DNA of 64,000 nt, from assembly GCF_009914755.1 (NCBI RefSeq), contig NC_060939.1; one strand, written 5' to 3'. How positions within the stretch are numbered: position 1 is the stretch's first letter; each line of letters begins with the position of its first letter. Source of the stretch: the human T2T-CHM13v2.0 reference genome, Homo sapiens. Made by a program: the position numbers and the translations under genes. This document shows, piece by piece, positions 17,201 through 32,000 of the stretch. Under the pieces are notes generated by a model. That model saw only the letters and a list, made by a program, of their open reading frames with translations. It had not been told where the DNA came from and searched no databases.

Positions 17201-17975
17201 GTAGATAAAATATCAAAGTACCCAAGGTATATATTCTATACTGTACAAAAAATATCAAAGTACCCAAAGCATGTATTATATACTGTACATAAAATATGAA
17301 ATTACATCAAATATATTTTTTATTCTGTATATAAAATATCAAAGTACACCAGATATATATTCTATAGTGTACATAAAATATCAAAGTACACAAACTATAC
17401 ATTATATACTGTACATAAAATATGAAATTACATCAAATATATATTATATTAGGTTCATAAAATATGAAAGTACATCAAATATAGATTATATACTGTACAT
17501 AAAATATCAAAGTACCCCAAATATATATTATATACTCTACAGGAAATATCAAAGTTCACACACTATATATTATATACTGTACATAAAATATCAAAGTACC
17601 CAAGGTATATATTCTATACTGTACAAAAAATATCAAAGTACGCAAAGCATGTATTATATACTGTACATAAAATATGAAAATACATTAAATATATATTTTA
17701 TTCTGTACATAAAATATCAAAGTACACCAGATATATATACTATAGTGTACATAAAATATCAAAGTACCCAAACTATACATTATATACTGTACATAAAATA
17801 TGAAATTACATCAAATATATATTAGGTACATAAAATATGAAAGTACATCAAACATAGATTATATACTGTACATAAAATATCAAAGTACCCGAAATATATA
17901 TTATATACCGTACATGAAATATCAAAGTTCACAAACTATATATTATATACTGTACATAAAATATCAAAGTACCCA
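5230..17975 (+). repeat. Tandem duplication, 2 x 6375 bp (17 HORs)
   Basis: ORF pairs have a constant offset of 6375 (5423/11798, 6174/12549, 8167/14542, 8804/15179, 9550/15925, 10896/17271, 11425/17800). Private variants are shared, e.g. TATCTGAGTACCCAAGGC at 6005/12380. Confidence 0.95.
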
Positions 17976-20900
17976 AGGTATATATTCTATACTGTACAAA
18001 AAATATCAAAGTACCCAAAGCATGTATTATATACTGTACATAAAATATGAAAGTACATCAAATATATATTTTATTCTGTACATAAAATATCAAAGTACAC
18101 CAGATATATATTCTATAGTGTACATAAAATAACAAAGTACACAAACTATAAATTATATACTGTATATAAAATATGTAATTACATCAAAAATATATTAGGT
18201 ACATAAAATATGAAAGTACATCAAATATAGATTATATACTGTACATAAAATATCAATGTACCCCAAATATATATTTTATACTCTACATGAAATATCAAAG
18301 TTCACAAACTATATATTATGTACTGTACATAAAATATCAAAATACCCAAGGTATATATTCTATACTGTACAAAAAATATCAAAGTACCCAAAGCATGTAT
18401 TATATACTGTACATAAAATATGAAAGTACATCAAATATATATTTTATTCTGTACATAAAATACCAAAGTACACCAGATATATATTCTATAGTGTACATAA
18501 AATATCAAAGTACCCAAACTATACATTATACACTGTACATAAAATATGAAATTACATCAAATACATATTATATTAGGTACATAAAATATGAAAGCACATC
18601 AAATATAGATTATATACTGTACATTAAATACCAAAGTACCCCAAATATATATTTTATACTGTACATCAAATATCAAAGTTCACAAACTATATATTATATA
18701 CTGTACATAAAATATCAAAGTACCCATGGTATATATTCTATACTGTAAAAAAATATCAAAGTACCCAAAGCATGTATTATATACTGTACATAAAATATGA
18801 AAGTACATCAAATATATATTTTATTCTGTACATAAAATATCAAAGTACACCAGATATATATTCTATAGTGTACATAAAATATCAAAATACCCAAACTATA
18901 CGTTATATACTGTACATAAAATATGAAATTACATCAAATATATATTATATTAAGTACATAAAATATGAAAGTACATCAAATATAGATTATATACTGTACA
19001 TAAAATATCAAAGTACCCCAAATATATATTATATACTCTACATGAAATATCAAAGCTCACAAACTATATATTATATACTGTACATAAAATATCAAAGTAC
19101 CCAAGGTATATATTCTATACTGTACAAAAAATATCAAAGTATCCAAAGCATGTATTATATACTGTATATAAAATATGAAAGTACATTAAATTTATATTTT
19201 ATTCTGTACATAAAATATCAAAGTACACCAGATATATATTCTATAGTGTACATAAAATAACAAAGTACACAAACTATAAATTATATACTGTACATAAAAT
19301 ATGAAATTACATCAAATATATATTAGGTACATAAAATATGAAAGTACATCAAATATAGATTATATACTGTACATAAAATATCAAAGTACCCCAAATATAT
19401 ATTATATACTGTACATGAAATATCAAAGTTCACAAACTATATATTATATACTGTACATAAAATATCAAAGTACCCAAGGTATATATTCTATACTGTACAA
19501 AAAATATCAAAGTACCCAAAGCATGTATTATATACTGTACATAAAATATGAAAGTACATCAAATATATATTTTATTCTGTACATAAAATATCAAAGTACA
19601 CCAGATATATATTCTATAGTGTACATAAAATATCAAAGTACCCAAACTATACATTATATACTGTACATAAAATATGAAATTGCATCAAATATATATTATA
19701 TTAGGTACATAAAATATGAAAGTACATCAAATATAGATTATATACTGTACATTAAATACCAAAGTACCCCAAATCTATATTTTATACTGTACATGAAATA
19801 TCAAAGTTCACAAACTATATATTATATACTGTACATATAATATCAAAGTACCCAAGGTATATATTCTATACTGTACAAAAAATAAAAAAGTACCAAAAGC
19901 ATGTATTATATACTGTACCTAAAATATGAAAGTACATCAAATATATATTTTATTCTGTACATAAAATATCAAAGTACACCAGATATATATTCTATAGTGT
20001 ACATAAAATATCAAAGTACCCAAACTATAAATTATATACTGTACATAAAATATGAAATTACATCAAATATATATTAGGTACATAAAATATGAAAGTACAT
20101 CAAATATAGATTATATACTGTACATAAAATATCAATGTACCCCAAATATATATTTTATACTCGACATGAAATATCAAAGTTCACAAACCATATATTATAT
20201 ACTGTACATAAAATATCAAAGTACCCAAGGTATATATTCTATACTGTACAAAAAATATCAAAGTACCCAAAGCATGTATTATATACTGTACATAAAATAT
20301 GAAAGTACATCAGATATATTTTTTATTCTGTATATAAAATATCAAATTACACCAGATATATATTCTATAGTGTACATAAAATATCAAAGTACACAAACTA
20401 TACATTATATACTGTACATAAAATATGAAATTACATCAAATATATATTATATTAGGTACATAAAATATGAAAGTACATCAAATATAGATTATATACTGTA
20501 CATAAAATATCAAAGTACCCCAAATATATATTATATACTCTACAGGAAATATCAAAGTTCACACACTATATATTATATACTGTACATAAAATATCAAAGT
20601 ACCCAAGGTATATATTCTATACTGTACAAAATATATCAAAGTACCCAAAGCATGTATTATATACTGTACATAAAATATGAAAATACATTAAATATATATT
20701 TTATTCTCTACATAAAATATCAAAGTACACCAGATATATATACTATAGTGTACATAAAATATCAAAGTACCCAAACTATACATTATATACTGTACATAAA
20801 ATATGAAATTACATCAAATATATATTAGGTACATAAAATATGAAAGTCCATCAAACATAGATTATATACTGTACATAAAATATCAAAGTACCCGAAATAT

Positions 20901-21860
20901 ATATTATATACCGTACATGAAATATCAAAGTTCACAAACTATATATTATATACTGTACATAAAATAGCAAAGTACCCAAGGTATATATTCTATACTGTAC
21001 AAAAAATATCAAAGTACCCAAAGCATGTATTATATACTGTACATAAAATATGAAAGTACATCAAATATATATTTTATTCTGTACATAAAATATCAAAGTA
21101 CACCAGATATATATTCTATAGTGTACATAAAATAACAAAGTACACAAACTATAAATTATATACTGTATATAAAATATGTAATTACATCAAAAATATATTA
21201 GGTACATAAAATATGAAAGTACATCAAATATAGATTATATACTGTACATAAAATATCAATGTACCCCAAATATATATTTTATACTCTACATGAAATATCA
21301 AAGTTCACAAACTATATATTATGTACTGTACATAAAATATCAAAATACCCAAGGTATATATTCTATACTGTACAAAAAATATCAAAGTACCCAAAGCATG
21401 TATTATATACTGTACATAAAATATGAAAGTACATCAAATATATATTTTATTCTGTACGTAAAATACCAAAGTACACCAGATATATATTCTATAGTGTACA
21501 TAAAATATCAAAGTACCCAAACTATACATTATATACTGTACATAAAATATGAAATTACATCAAATATATATTATATTAGGTACATAAAATATGAAAGCAC
21601 ATCAAATATAGATTATATACTGTACATTAAATACCAAAGTACCCCAAATATATATTTTATACTGTACATCAAATATCAAAGTTCACAAACTATATATTAT
21701 ATACTGTACATAAAATATCAAAGTACCCATGGTATATATTCTATACTGTAAAAAAATATCAAAGTACCGAAAGCATGTATTATATACTGTACATAAAATA
21801 TGAAAGTACATCAAATATATATTTTATTCTGTACATAAAATATCAAAGTACACCAGATAT
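16300..21860 (+). repeat. Direct duplication of ~2.5 kb at a period of 3003 bp (8 HORs)
   Basis: ORF offsets are 16298/19301, 18287/21290 and 18772/21775. Shared variants include ATATGTAATTACATCAAAAA (~18171/21174) and TACCCATGG (18721/21724). Confidence 0.9.
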
Positions 21861-24280
21861 ATATTTTATAGTGTACATAAAATATCAAAGTACCCAAACT
21901 ATAGATTATATACTGTACATAAAATATGAAATTACATCAAACATATATTATATTAGGTACCTAAAATATGAAAGTACATCAAATATAGATTATTAAGTGT
22001 ACATAAAATATCAAAGAACCCCAAATATATATTATATACTGTACATGAAATATCAAACTTCACAATCTATATATTATATACTGTACATAAAATATCAAAT
22101 TACCCAACGTATATATTCTATACTGTACAAAAAATATCAAAGTACCCAAAGCATGTATTATATACTGTACATAAAATATGAAAGTACATCAAATATGTAT
22201 TTTATTCTGTACATAAATTATCAAATCACACCAGATATATATTTTATAGTGTACATAAAATATCAAAGTACACAAACTATACATTATATACTGTAGATAA
22301 AATATGAGATTACTTCAAATATATATTATATAAGGTACATAAAATATGAAAGTACATCTAGTATAGATTATATACTGTACATAAAATATCAAAGTAGCCC
22401 AAATATATATTATATACTGTACATGAAATATCAAAGTTCGCAAACTATATATTATATACTGTAGATAAAATATCAAAGTACCGAAGGTATATATTCTATA
22501 CTGTACAAAAAATATCAAAGCATCCACAGCATGTATTATACACTGTACATAAAATATGAAAGTACATCAAGTATATATATTATTCTGTACATAACATATC
22601 AAAGTACACCAGATATATATTTTATAGTGTACATAAAATATCACAGTACGCAAACTATACATTATATACTGTACAAAAAATATCAAAGTACCCAAAGCAT
22701 GTATTATATACTGTACATAAAAGATGAAAATACATCAAATATATATTTTATTCTGTACATAAAATATCAAAGTACCCCAAATATATATGATATACTGTAC
22801 ATGAAATATCAAAGTTCACAAACTATATATTATATACTGTAGATGAAATATCAAAGTACCCAAGGTATATATTCTATACTGTACAAAAAATATCAAAGTG
22901 CCCAAAGCATGTATTATATACTGTGCATAAAATATGAAAGTACATCAAATATATATTTTATTCTGTACATAAAATATCAAAGTACACCAGATATATATTT
23001 TATAGTGTACATAAAATATCAAAGTACCCAAACTATACATTATATACTGTACAGAAAATATGAAATTACATCAAATATATTTTATATTAGGTACATAAAA
23101 TATGAAAGTACATAAAATATAGATTATATACTGTACATAAAATATCAAAGAACCCCTAATATATATTATATACTGTACATGAAATATCAAACTTCACAAA
23201 CTATATATTATATACTGTACATAAAATATCAAAGTACCCAAGGTATATATTCTATACTGTACAAAAAATATCAAAGTACCCAAAGCATGTATTATATACT
23301 GTACATAAAATATGAAAGTACATCAAATATATATTTTATTCTGTACATAAAATATCAAAGTACACCAGATGTATATTTTATAGTGTACATAAAATATCAA
23401 ACTACCCAAACTATACATTATATACTGTACATAAAATATGAAATTACATCAAATATATATGATATTAGATACATAAAATATGAAAGTACATCAAATATAT
23501 ATTTTATTCTGTACATAAAATATCAAAGTACACCAGATATATATTTTATAGTGTACATAAAATATCAAAGTACCCAAACTATAGATTATATACTGTACAT
23601 AAAATATGAAATTACATCAAATATATATTATATTAGGTACCTAAAATATGAAAGTACATCAAATATAGATTATTAAGTGTACATAAAATATCAAAGAACC
23701 CCAAGTATATATTATATACTGTACATGAAATATCAAATTTCACAATCTATATACTATATACTGTACATAAAATATCAAATTACCCAACGTATATATTCTA
23801 TACTGTACAAAAAATATCAAAGTACCCAAAGCATGTATTATATACTGTACATAAAATATGAAAGTTCATCAAATATGTATTTTATTCTGTACATAAATTA
23901 TCAAAGTACACCAGATATATATTTTATAGTGTACATAAAATATCAAAGTACCCAAACTATACATTATATACTGTACATAAAATATGAAATTACATCAAAT
24001 ATATATTATATAAGGTACATAAAATATGAAAGTACATCTAGTATAGATTATATACTGTACATAAAATATCAAAGTAGCCCAAATATATATTATATACTCT
24101 ACATGAAATATCAAAGTTCGCAAACTATATATTATATACTGTAGATAAAATATCCAAGTACCCAAGGTATACATTCTATATAGTACAAAAAATATCAAAG
24201 TATCCAAAGCGTGTATTATACACTGTACATAAAATATGAAAGTACATGAAGTATATATATTATTCTGTACATAAAATATC
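21800..24280 (+). repeat. Partial duplication (~0.8 kb) at a period of 1680 bp (40 monomers)
   Basis: ORF offsets are 21997/23677 and 22315/23995. Shared variants: TATTAAGTGTAC, TACCCAACGT, CATCTAGTATAG, AAAGTAGCCC. Confidence 0.85.
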
Positions 24281-27200
24281 AAAGTACACCAGATATATAT
24301 TTTATAGTGTACATAAAATATCAAAGTACCCAAACTATACATTATATACTGTACATAAAATATGAAAATACATCAAATATATATTATATTAGTTACCTAA
24401 AATATGAAAGTACATCAAATATAGATTATTAACTATACATAAAATATCAAAGTACCCCAAATATATATTATATACTGTACATGAAATATCAAAGTTCACA
24501 AACTATATATTATATACTGTAGATAAAATATCAAAGTACCCAAGGTATATATTCTATATTGTAAAAAAATAACAAAGTACCCAAAGCATGTATCATATAC
24601 TGTACATAAAATATTTAAGTACATCAAATATATATATTATTCTCTACATAAAATATCAAAGTACACCAGATATATATTTTATACTGTACATAAAATATCA
24701 AAGTACCCAAACTATACATTATATACTGTACATAAAATATGAAATTACATCAAATATATATTATATTAGGTCCATAAAATATGAAAGTACATCAAATATA
24801 GATTATATACTGTACATAAAATACAAAAGTACCCCAAATATATATTATATACTGTACATGAAATATCAAAATACACAAACTATATATTATATACTGTACA
24901 AAAAATATCAAAGTACCCAAAGCATGTATTACATACTGTACATAAAATATGAAATACATCAAATATTTATTTTATTCTGTTAATAAAATATCAAGGTACA
25001 CCAGATATATATTTTATAGTGTACATAAAACTTCAAGGTACACAAGCTATACATTATATACTGTACATAAAATATGAAATTTCATCAAATATATATTATA
25101 TTGGTTACATAAAATATGAAAGTACATCAAATATAGATTTTTAACTGTACATAAAATATCAAAGAACCCCAAATATATATTATATACTGTACATGAAATA
25201 TCAAAGTTCACAAACTATATATTGTATATTGTACATAAAATATCAAAGTACCCAAGGTATATATTCTATGCTGTACAAAAAATATCAAAGTACCCAAAGC
25301 ATGTATCATATACTGTACATAAAATATGAAAGTACATCAAATATATATTTTATTCTGTACAAAAAATATCAAAGTACACCAAATATATATTCTATAGTGT
25401 ACATAAAATATAAAATTACCCAAACTATACATTACATACTGTACATAAAATATGAAATTACATCAAATATATATTATATTAGGTACATAAAATATGAAAG
25501 TGAATCAAATATAAATTATATACTGTACATAAAATATCAAAGTACCCAAATATATATTATATACTGTACATGAAATATCAAAGTTCACAAACTATATATT
25601 ATATACTGTACATAATATATCAATATACCCAAGGTATGTATTCTATACTGTACAAAAAATATCAAAGTACCCAAAGCATGTATTATATACTGTACATAAA
25701 ATATGAATGTACATCAAATATATATTTTCATCTGTACATAAAATATCAAAGTACACCAAATATATATTCTATACTGTACATAAAATATCAAAGTACCCAA
25801 ACTATACATTATATACTGTACATAAAAGATGAAATTACATCAAAAATATATCATATTAGGTAAGTAAAATATGAAAGTACATCAAATATAGATTATATAC
25901 TGTACATAAAATACCAAAGTACCCCAAATATATATTTTTACTGTACATGAAATATCAATATTCACAAACTATATATTATATACTGTACATAAAATATCAA
26001 AATACCCAAGGTATATATTCTATACTGTAGAAAAAATATCAAAGTACCCAAAGCATGTATTATATACTGTACATAAAATATGAAAGTACATCAAATATAT
26101 ATTTTATTCTGTACATAAAATATCAAAGTACACCAAATATATATTCTATACTGTACATAAAATATCAAAGTACCCAAACTATACATTATATAATGTACAA
26201 AAAATATGAAATTACATCAAATATATATTATATTAGGTACATAAAATATGAAAGTACATCAAATATAGATTATATACCGTACATAAAATATTAAAGTACC
26301 CCAAATATATATTTTATACTGTATATGAAATATCAAAGTACACAAACTATATATTATATACTGTACATAAAATATCAATGTACCCAAGGTATATATTCTA
26401 TACTGCACAAAAAATATCAAAGTACCCAAAGCATGTATTATATACTGTACATAAAATATGAAAGTTCATCAAATATGTATTTTATTCTGTACATAAATTA
26501 TCAAAGTACACCAGATATATATTTTATAGTGTACATAAAATATCAAAGTACCCAAACTATACATTATATACTGTACATAAAATATGAAATTACATCAAAT
26601 ATATATTATATAAGGTACATAAAACATGAAAGTACATCTAGTATAGATTATATACTGTACATAAAATATCAAAGTAGCCCAAATATATATTATATACTCT
26701 ACATGAAATATCAAAGTTCGCAAACTATATATTATATACTGTAGATAAAATATCCAAGTACCCAAGGTATACATTCTATATAGTACAAAAAATATCAAAG
26801 TATCCAAAGCGTGTATTATACACTGTACATAAAATATGAAAGTACATGAAGTATATATATTATTCTGTACATAAAATATCAAAGTACACCAGATATATAT
26901 TTTATAGTGTACATAAAATATCAAAGTACCCAAACTATACATTATATACTGTACATAAAATATGAAAATACATCAAATATATATTATATTAGTTACCTAA
27001 AATATGAAAGTACATCAAATATAGATTATTAACTATACATAAAATATCAAAGTACCCCAAATATATATTATATACTGTACATGAAATATCAAAGTTCACA
27101 AACTATATATTATATACTGTAGATAAAATATCAAAGTACCCAAGGTATATATTCTATATTGTAAAAAAATAACAAAGTACCCAAAGCATGTATCATATAC

Positions 27201-29050
27201 TGTACATAAAATATTTAAGTACATCAAATATATATATTATTCTGTACATAAAATATCAAAGTACACCAGATATATATTTTATAGTGTACATAAAATATCA
27301 AAGTACCCAAACTATACATTATATACTGTACATAAAATATGAAATTACATCAAATATATATTATATTAGGTCCATAAAATATGAAAGTACATCAAATATA
27401 GATTATATACTGTACATAAAATACAAAAGTACCCCAAATATATATTATATACTGTACATGAAATATCAAAATACACAAACTATATATTATATACTGTACA
27501 AAAAATATCAAAGTACCCAAAGCATGTATTACATACTGTACATAAAATATGAAATACATCAAATATTTATTTTATTCTGTTAATAAAATATCAAGGTACA
27601 CCAGATATATATTTTATAGTGTACATAAAACTTCAAGGTACACAAGCTATACATTATATACTGTACATAAAATATGAAATTTCATCAAATATATATTATA
27701 TTGGTTACATAAAATATGAAAGTACATCAAATATAGATTTTTAACTGTACATAAAATATCAAAGAACCCCAAATATATATTATATACTGTACATGAAATA
27801 TCAAAGTTCACAAACTATATATTGTATATTGTACATAAAATATCAAAGTACCCAAGGTATATATTCTATGCTGTACAAAAAATATCAAAGTACCCAAAGC
27901 ATGTATCATATACTGTACATAAAATATGAAAGTACATCAAATATATATTTTATTCTGTACAAAAAATATCAAAGTACACCAAATATATATTCTATAGTGT
28001 ACATAAAATATAAAATTACCCAAACTATACATTACATACTGTACATAAAATATGAAATTACATCAAATATATATTATATTAGGTACATAAAATATGAAAG
28101 TGAATCAAATATAAATTATATACTGTACATAAAATATCAAAGTACCCAAATATATATTATATACTGTACATGAAATATCAAAGTTCACAAACTATATATT
28201 ATATACTGTACATAATATATCAATATACCCAAGGTATGTATTCTATACTGTACAAAAAATATCAAAGTACCCAAAGCATGTATTATATACTGTACATAAA
28301 ATATGAATGTACATCAAATATATATTTTCATCTGTACATAAAATATCAAAGTACACCAAATATATATTCTATACTGTACATAAAATATCAAAGTACCCAA
28401 ACTATACATTATATACTGTACATAAAAGATGAAATTACATCAAAAATATATCATATTAGGTAAGTAAAATATGAAAGTACATCAAATATAGATTATATAC
28501 TGTACATAAAATACCAAAGTACCCCAAATATATATTTTTACTGTACATGAAATATCAATATTCACAAACTATATATTATATACTGTACATAAAATATCAA
28601 AATACCCAAGGTATATATTCTATACTGTAGAAAAAATATCAAAGTACCCAAAGCATGTATTATATACTGTACATAAAATATGAAAGTACATCAAATATAT
28701 ATTTTATTCTGTACATAAAATATCAAAGTACACCAAATATATATTCTATACTGTACATAAAATATCAAAGTACCCAAACTATACATTATATAATGTACAA
28801 AAAATATGAAATTACATCAAATATATATTATATTAGGTACATAAAATATGAAAGTACATCAAATATAGATTATATACCGTACATAAAATATTAAAGTACC
28901 CCAAATATATATTTTATACTGTATATGAAATATCAAAGTACACAAACTATATATTATATACTGTACATAAAATATCAATGTACCCAAGGTATATATTCTA
29001 TACTGCACAAAAAATATCAAAGTACCCAAAGCATGTATTATATACTGTAC
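23810..29050 (+). repeat. Tandem duplication, 2 x 2600 bp (62 monomers)
   Basis: ORF offsets are 23995/26595, 24588/27188, 25193/27793, 25570/28170 and 26055/28655. Shared variants include CTTCAAGGTACACAAGCT (25031/27631). Confidence 0.95.
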
Positions 29051-32000
29051 ATAAAATAACAAAGTACATCAAATATATATTTTATTCTGTACATAAACTA
29101 TCAAAGTACACCAAATTTATATTCTATACTGTACATAAAATATCAAATTACCCAAACTATACATTATATACTGTACATAAAATATGAAATTACATCAAAT
29201 ATATATTATATTAGGTACGTAAAATATGAAAGTACATCAAATATAGATTACATACTGTACATAAAATACCAAAGTACCCCAAATATATATTTTATACTGT
29301 ACATGAAATATCAAAGTTCACAAACTATATATTATATACTGCACATAAAATATCAAAGTACCCAAGGTATATATTCTATACTGTACAGAAAATATCAAAG
29401 TACCCAAAGCATGTATTATATACTGTACATAAAATATGAAAGTACATCAAATATATATTTTATTCTGTACATAAAATATCAAAGTACACGCAATATATAT
29501 TCTATACTGTACATAAAATATAAAAGTACCGAAACTATACATTACATCCTTTACATAAAAGATGAAATTACATCAAAAATATATTATATTAGGTACGTAA
29601 TATATGAAAGTACATCAAATATAGATTGTATACTATACATAAAATACCAAAGTACCCCAAATATATATTTTATAGTGTACATGAAATATCAAAATTCTCA
29701 AACTATATATTATATTCTGTACATAAAATATCAATGTACCCAAGATATATATTCTATACTGTACAAAAAATATCAAAGTACCCAAAGCATGTATTATATG
29801 CTGTACATAAAATATGAAAGTACATCAAATACATATTTTATTCTCTACAAAAAATATCAAAGTACACCAAATATATATTCTATAGTGTACATAAAATATC
29901 AAATTACCCAAACTTTACATTATATACTGTACATAAAATATGAAATTACATCAAATATATATTATATTAGGTACATAAAATATGAAAGTGCATCAAATAT
30001 AAATTATATACTGTACATAAAATACCAAAGTACCCAAATATATATTATATACTGTACATGAAATATCAAAGTTCACAAACTATATATTATATACTGTACA
30101 TAAAATATCAATGTACCCAAGGTATGTATTCTATACTGTACAAAAAATATCAAAGTACCCAAAGCATGTATTATATACTGTACATAAAATATGAATGTAC
30201 ATCAAATATATATTTTGTTCTGTACATAAAATATCAAAGTACACCAAATATGTATTCTATACTGTACATAAAATATCAAAGTACCAAAAGTATACATTAT
30301 ATACTGTACATAAAAGATGAAATTACATCAAAAATATATTATATTACGTACGTAAAATATGAAAGTACATCAAATATAGATTATATACTGTACATAAAAC
30401 ACCAAAGTACCCCAAATATATATTTTATACTGTACATGAAATATCAATATTCACAAACTATATGTTATATACTGTACATAAAATATCAAAGTATCCAAGG
30501 TATATATTCTATACTATACAAAAAATATCAAAGTACCCAAAGCATGTATTATATACTGTACATAAAATATGAAAGTACATCAAATATATATTTTATTCTG
30601 TACATAAAATATCAAAGTACACCAAATATATATTCTATACTGTACATAAAATATCAAAGTACCCAAACTATACATTATATACTGTACAAAAAATATGAAA
30701 TTACATCAAATATATATTATATTAGGTACATAAAATATGAAAGTACATCAAATATAGATTATATACCGTACATAAAATATCAAAGTGCCTCAAATATATA
30801 TTTTATACTGTACATGAAATATCAAAGTTCACAAACTATATATTATATACTGTACATAAAATATCAAAGTACCCAAGGTATATATTCTATACTGTACAAA
30901 AAATATCAAAGTACCCAAAGCATGTATTATATACTGTACATAAAATATGAAAGTACATCAAATATATATTTTATTCTGTACATAAGATATCAAAGTAAAC
31001 CAAATATATATTCTATACTGTACATAAAATATCAAAGTACCCAAACTATACATTATATACTGTACATAAAATATGAAATTACATAAAAATATATTATATT
31101 AGGTACATAAAATATGAAAGTACATCAAATATAGATTATATACTGTACATAAAATATCAAAGTACCCCAAATATATATTATGTACTGTACATGAAATATC
31201 AAAGTTCAAAAACTATATTTTATATACTGTACATAAAATATGAATATACCCAAGGTATATATTCTATACTGTACAAAAAATATCAAAGTACCCAAAGCAT
31301 GTATTATATACTGTACATAAAATATGAAAGTACATCAAATATATATTTTATTCTGTACATAAATTATCAAAGTACACCAAATATATATTCTATAGTGTAT
31401 ATAAAATATCAAACTACCCAAACTATACATTATATACTGTACATAAAATATGAAATTACATCAAATATATATTATATTAGGTACATAAATTATGAAAGTA
31501 CATCAAATATAGATTATATACTGTACATAAAATACCAACATACCCCAAATATATTTTATACTGTACATGAAATATCAAAGTTCACAAACTATATATTATA
31601 TACTGTACATAAAATATCAAAGAACTCAAGGTATATATTCTATACTGTACAAAAAATATATAAGTACCCAAAGCATGTATTATATACTGTACATAAAATA
31701 TGAAAGTACATCAAATATATATTTTATTCTGTACATAAGATATCAAAGTACACCAAATTTATATTCTATACTGTACATAAAATATCAAAGTACCCAAACT
31801 ATACATTATATACTGTACATAAATTATGAAATTACATCAAATATGTATTATATTAGGTAAATAAAATATGAAAGTACATCAAAGATAGATTATATACTGT
31901 ACATAAAATACCAACATACCCCAAATATATATTTTATACTGTGCATGAAATATCAAAGTTCACAAACCATATATTATATTCTGTACATAAAATATCAAAG

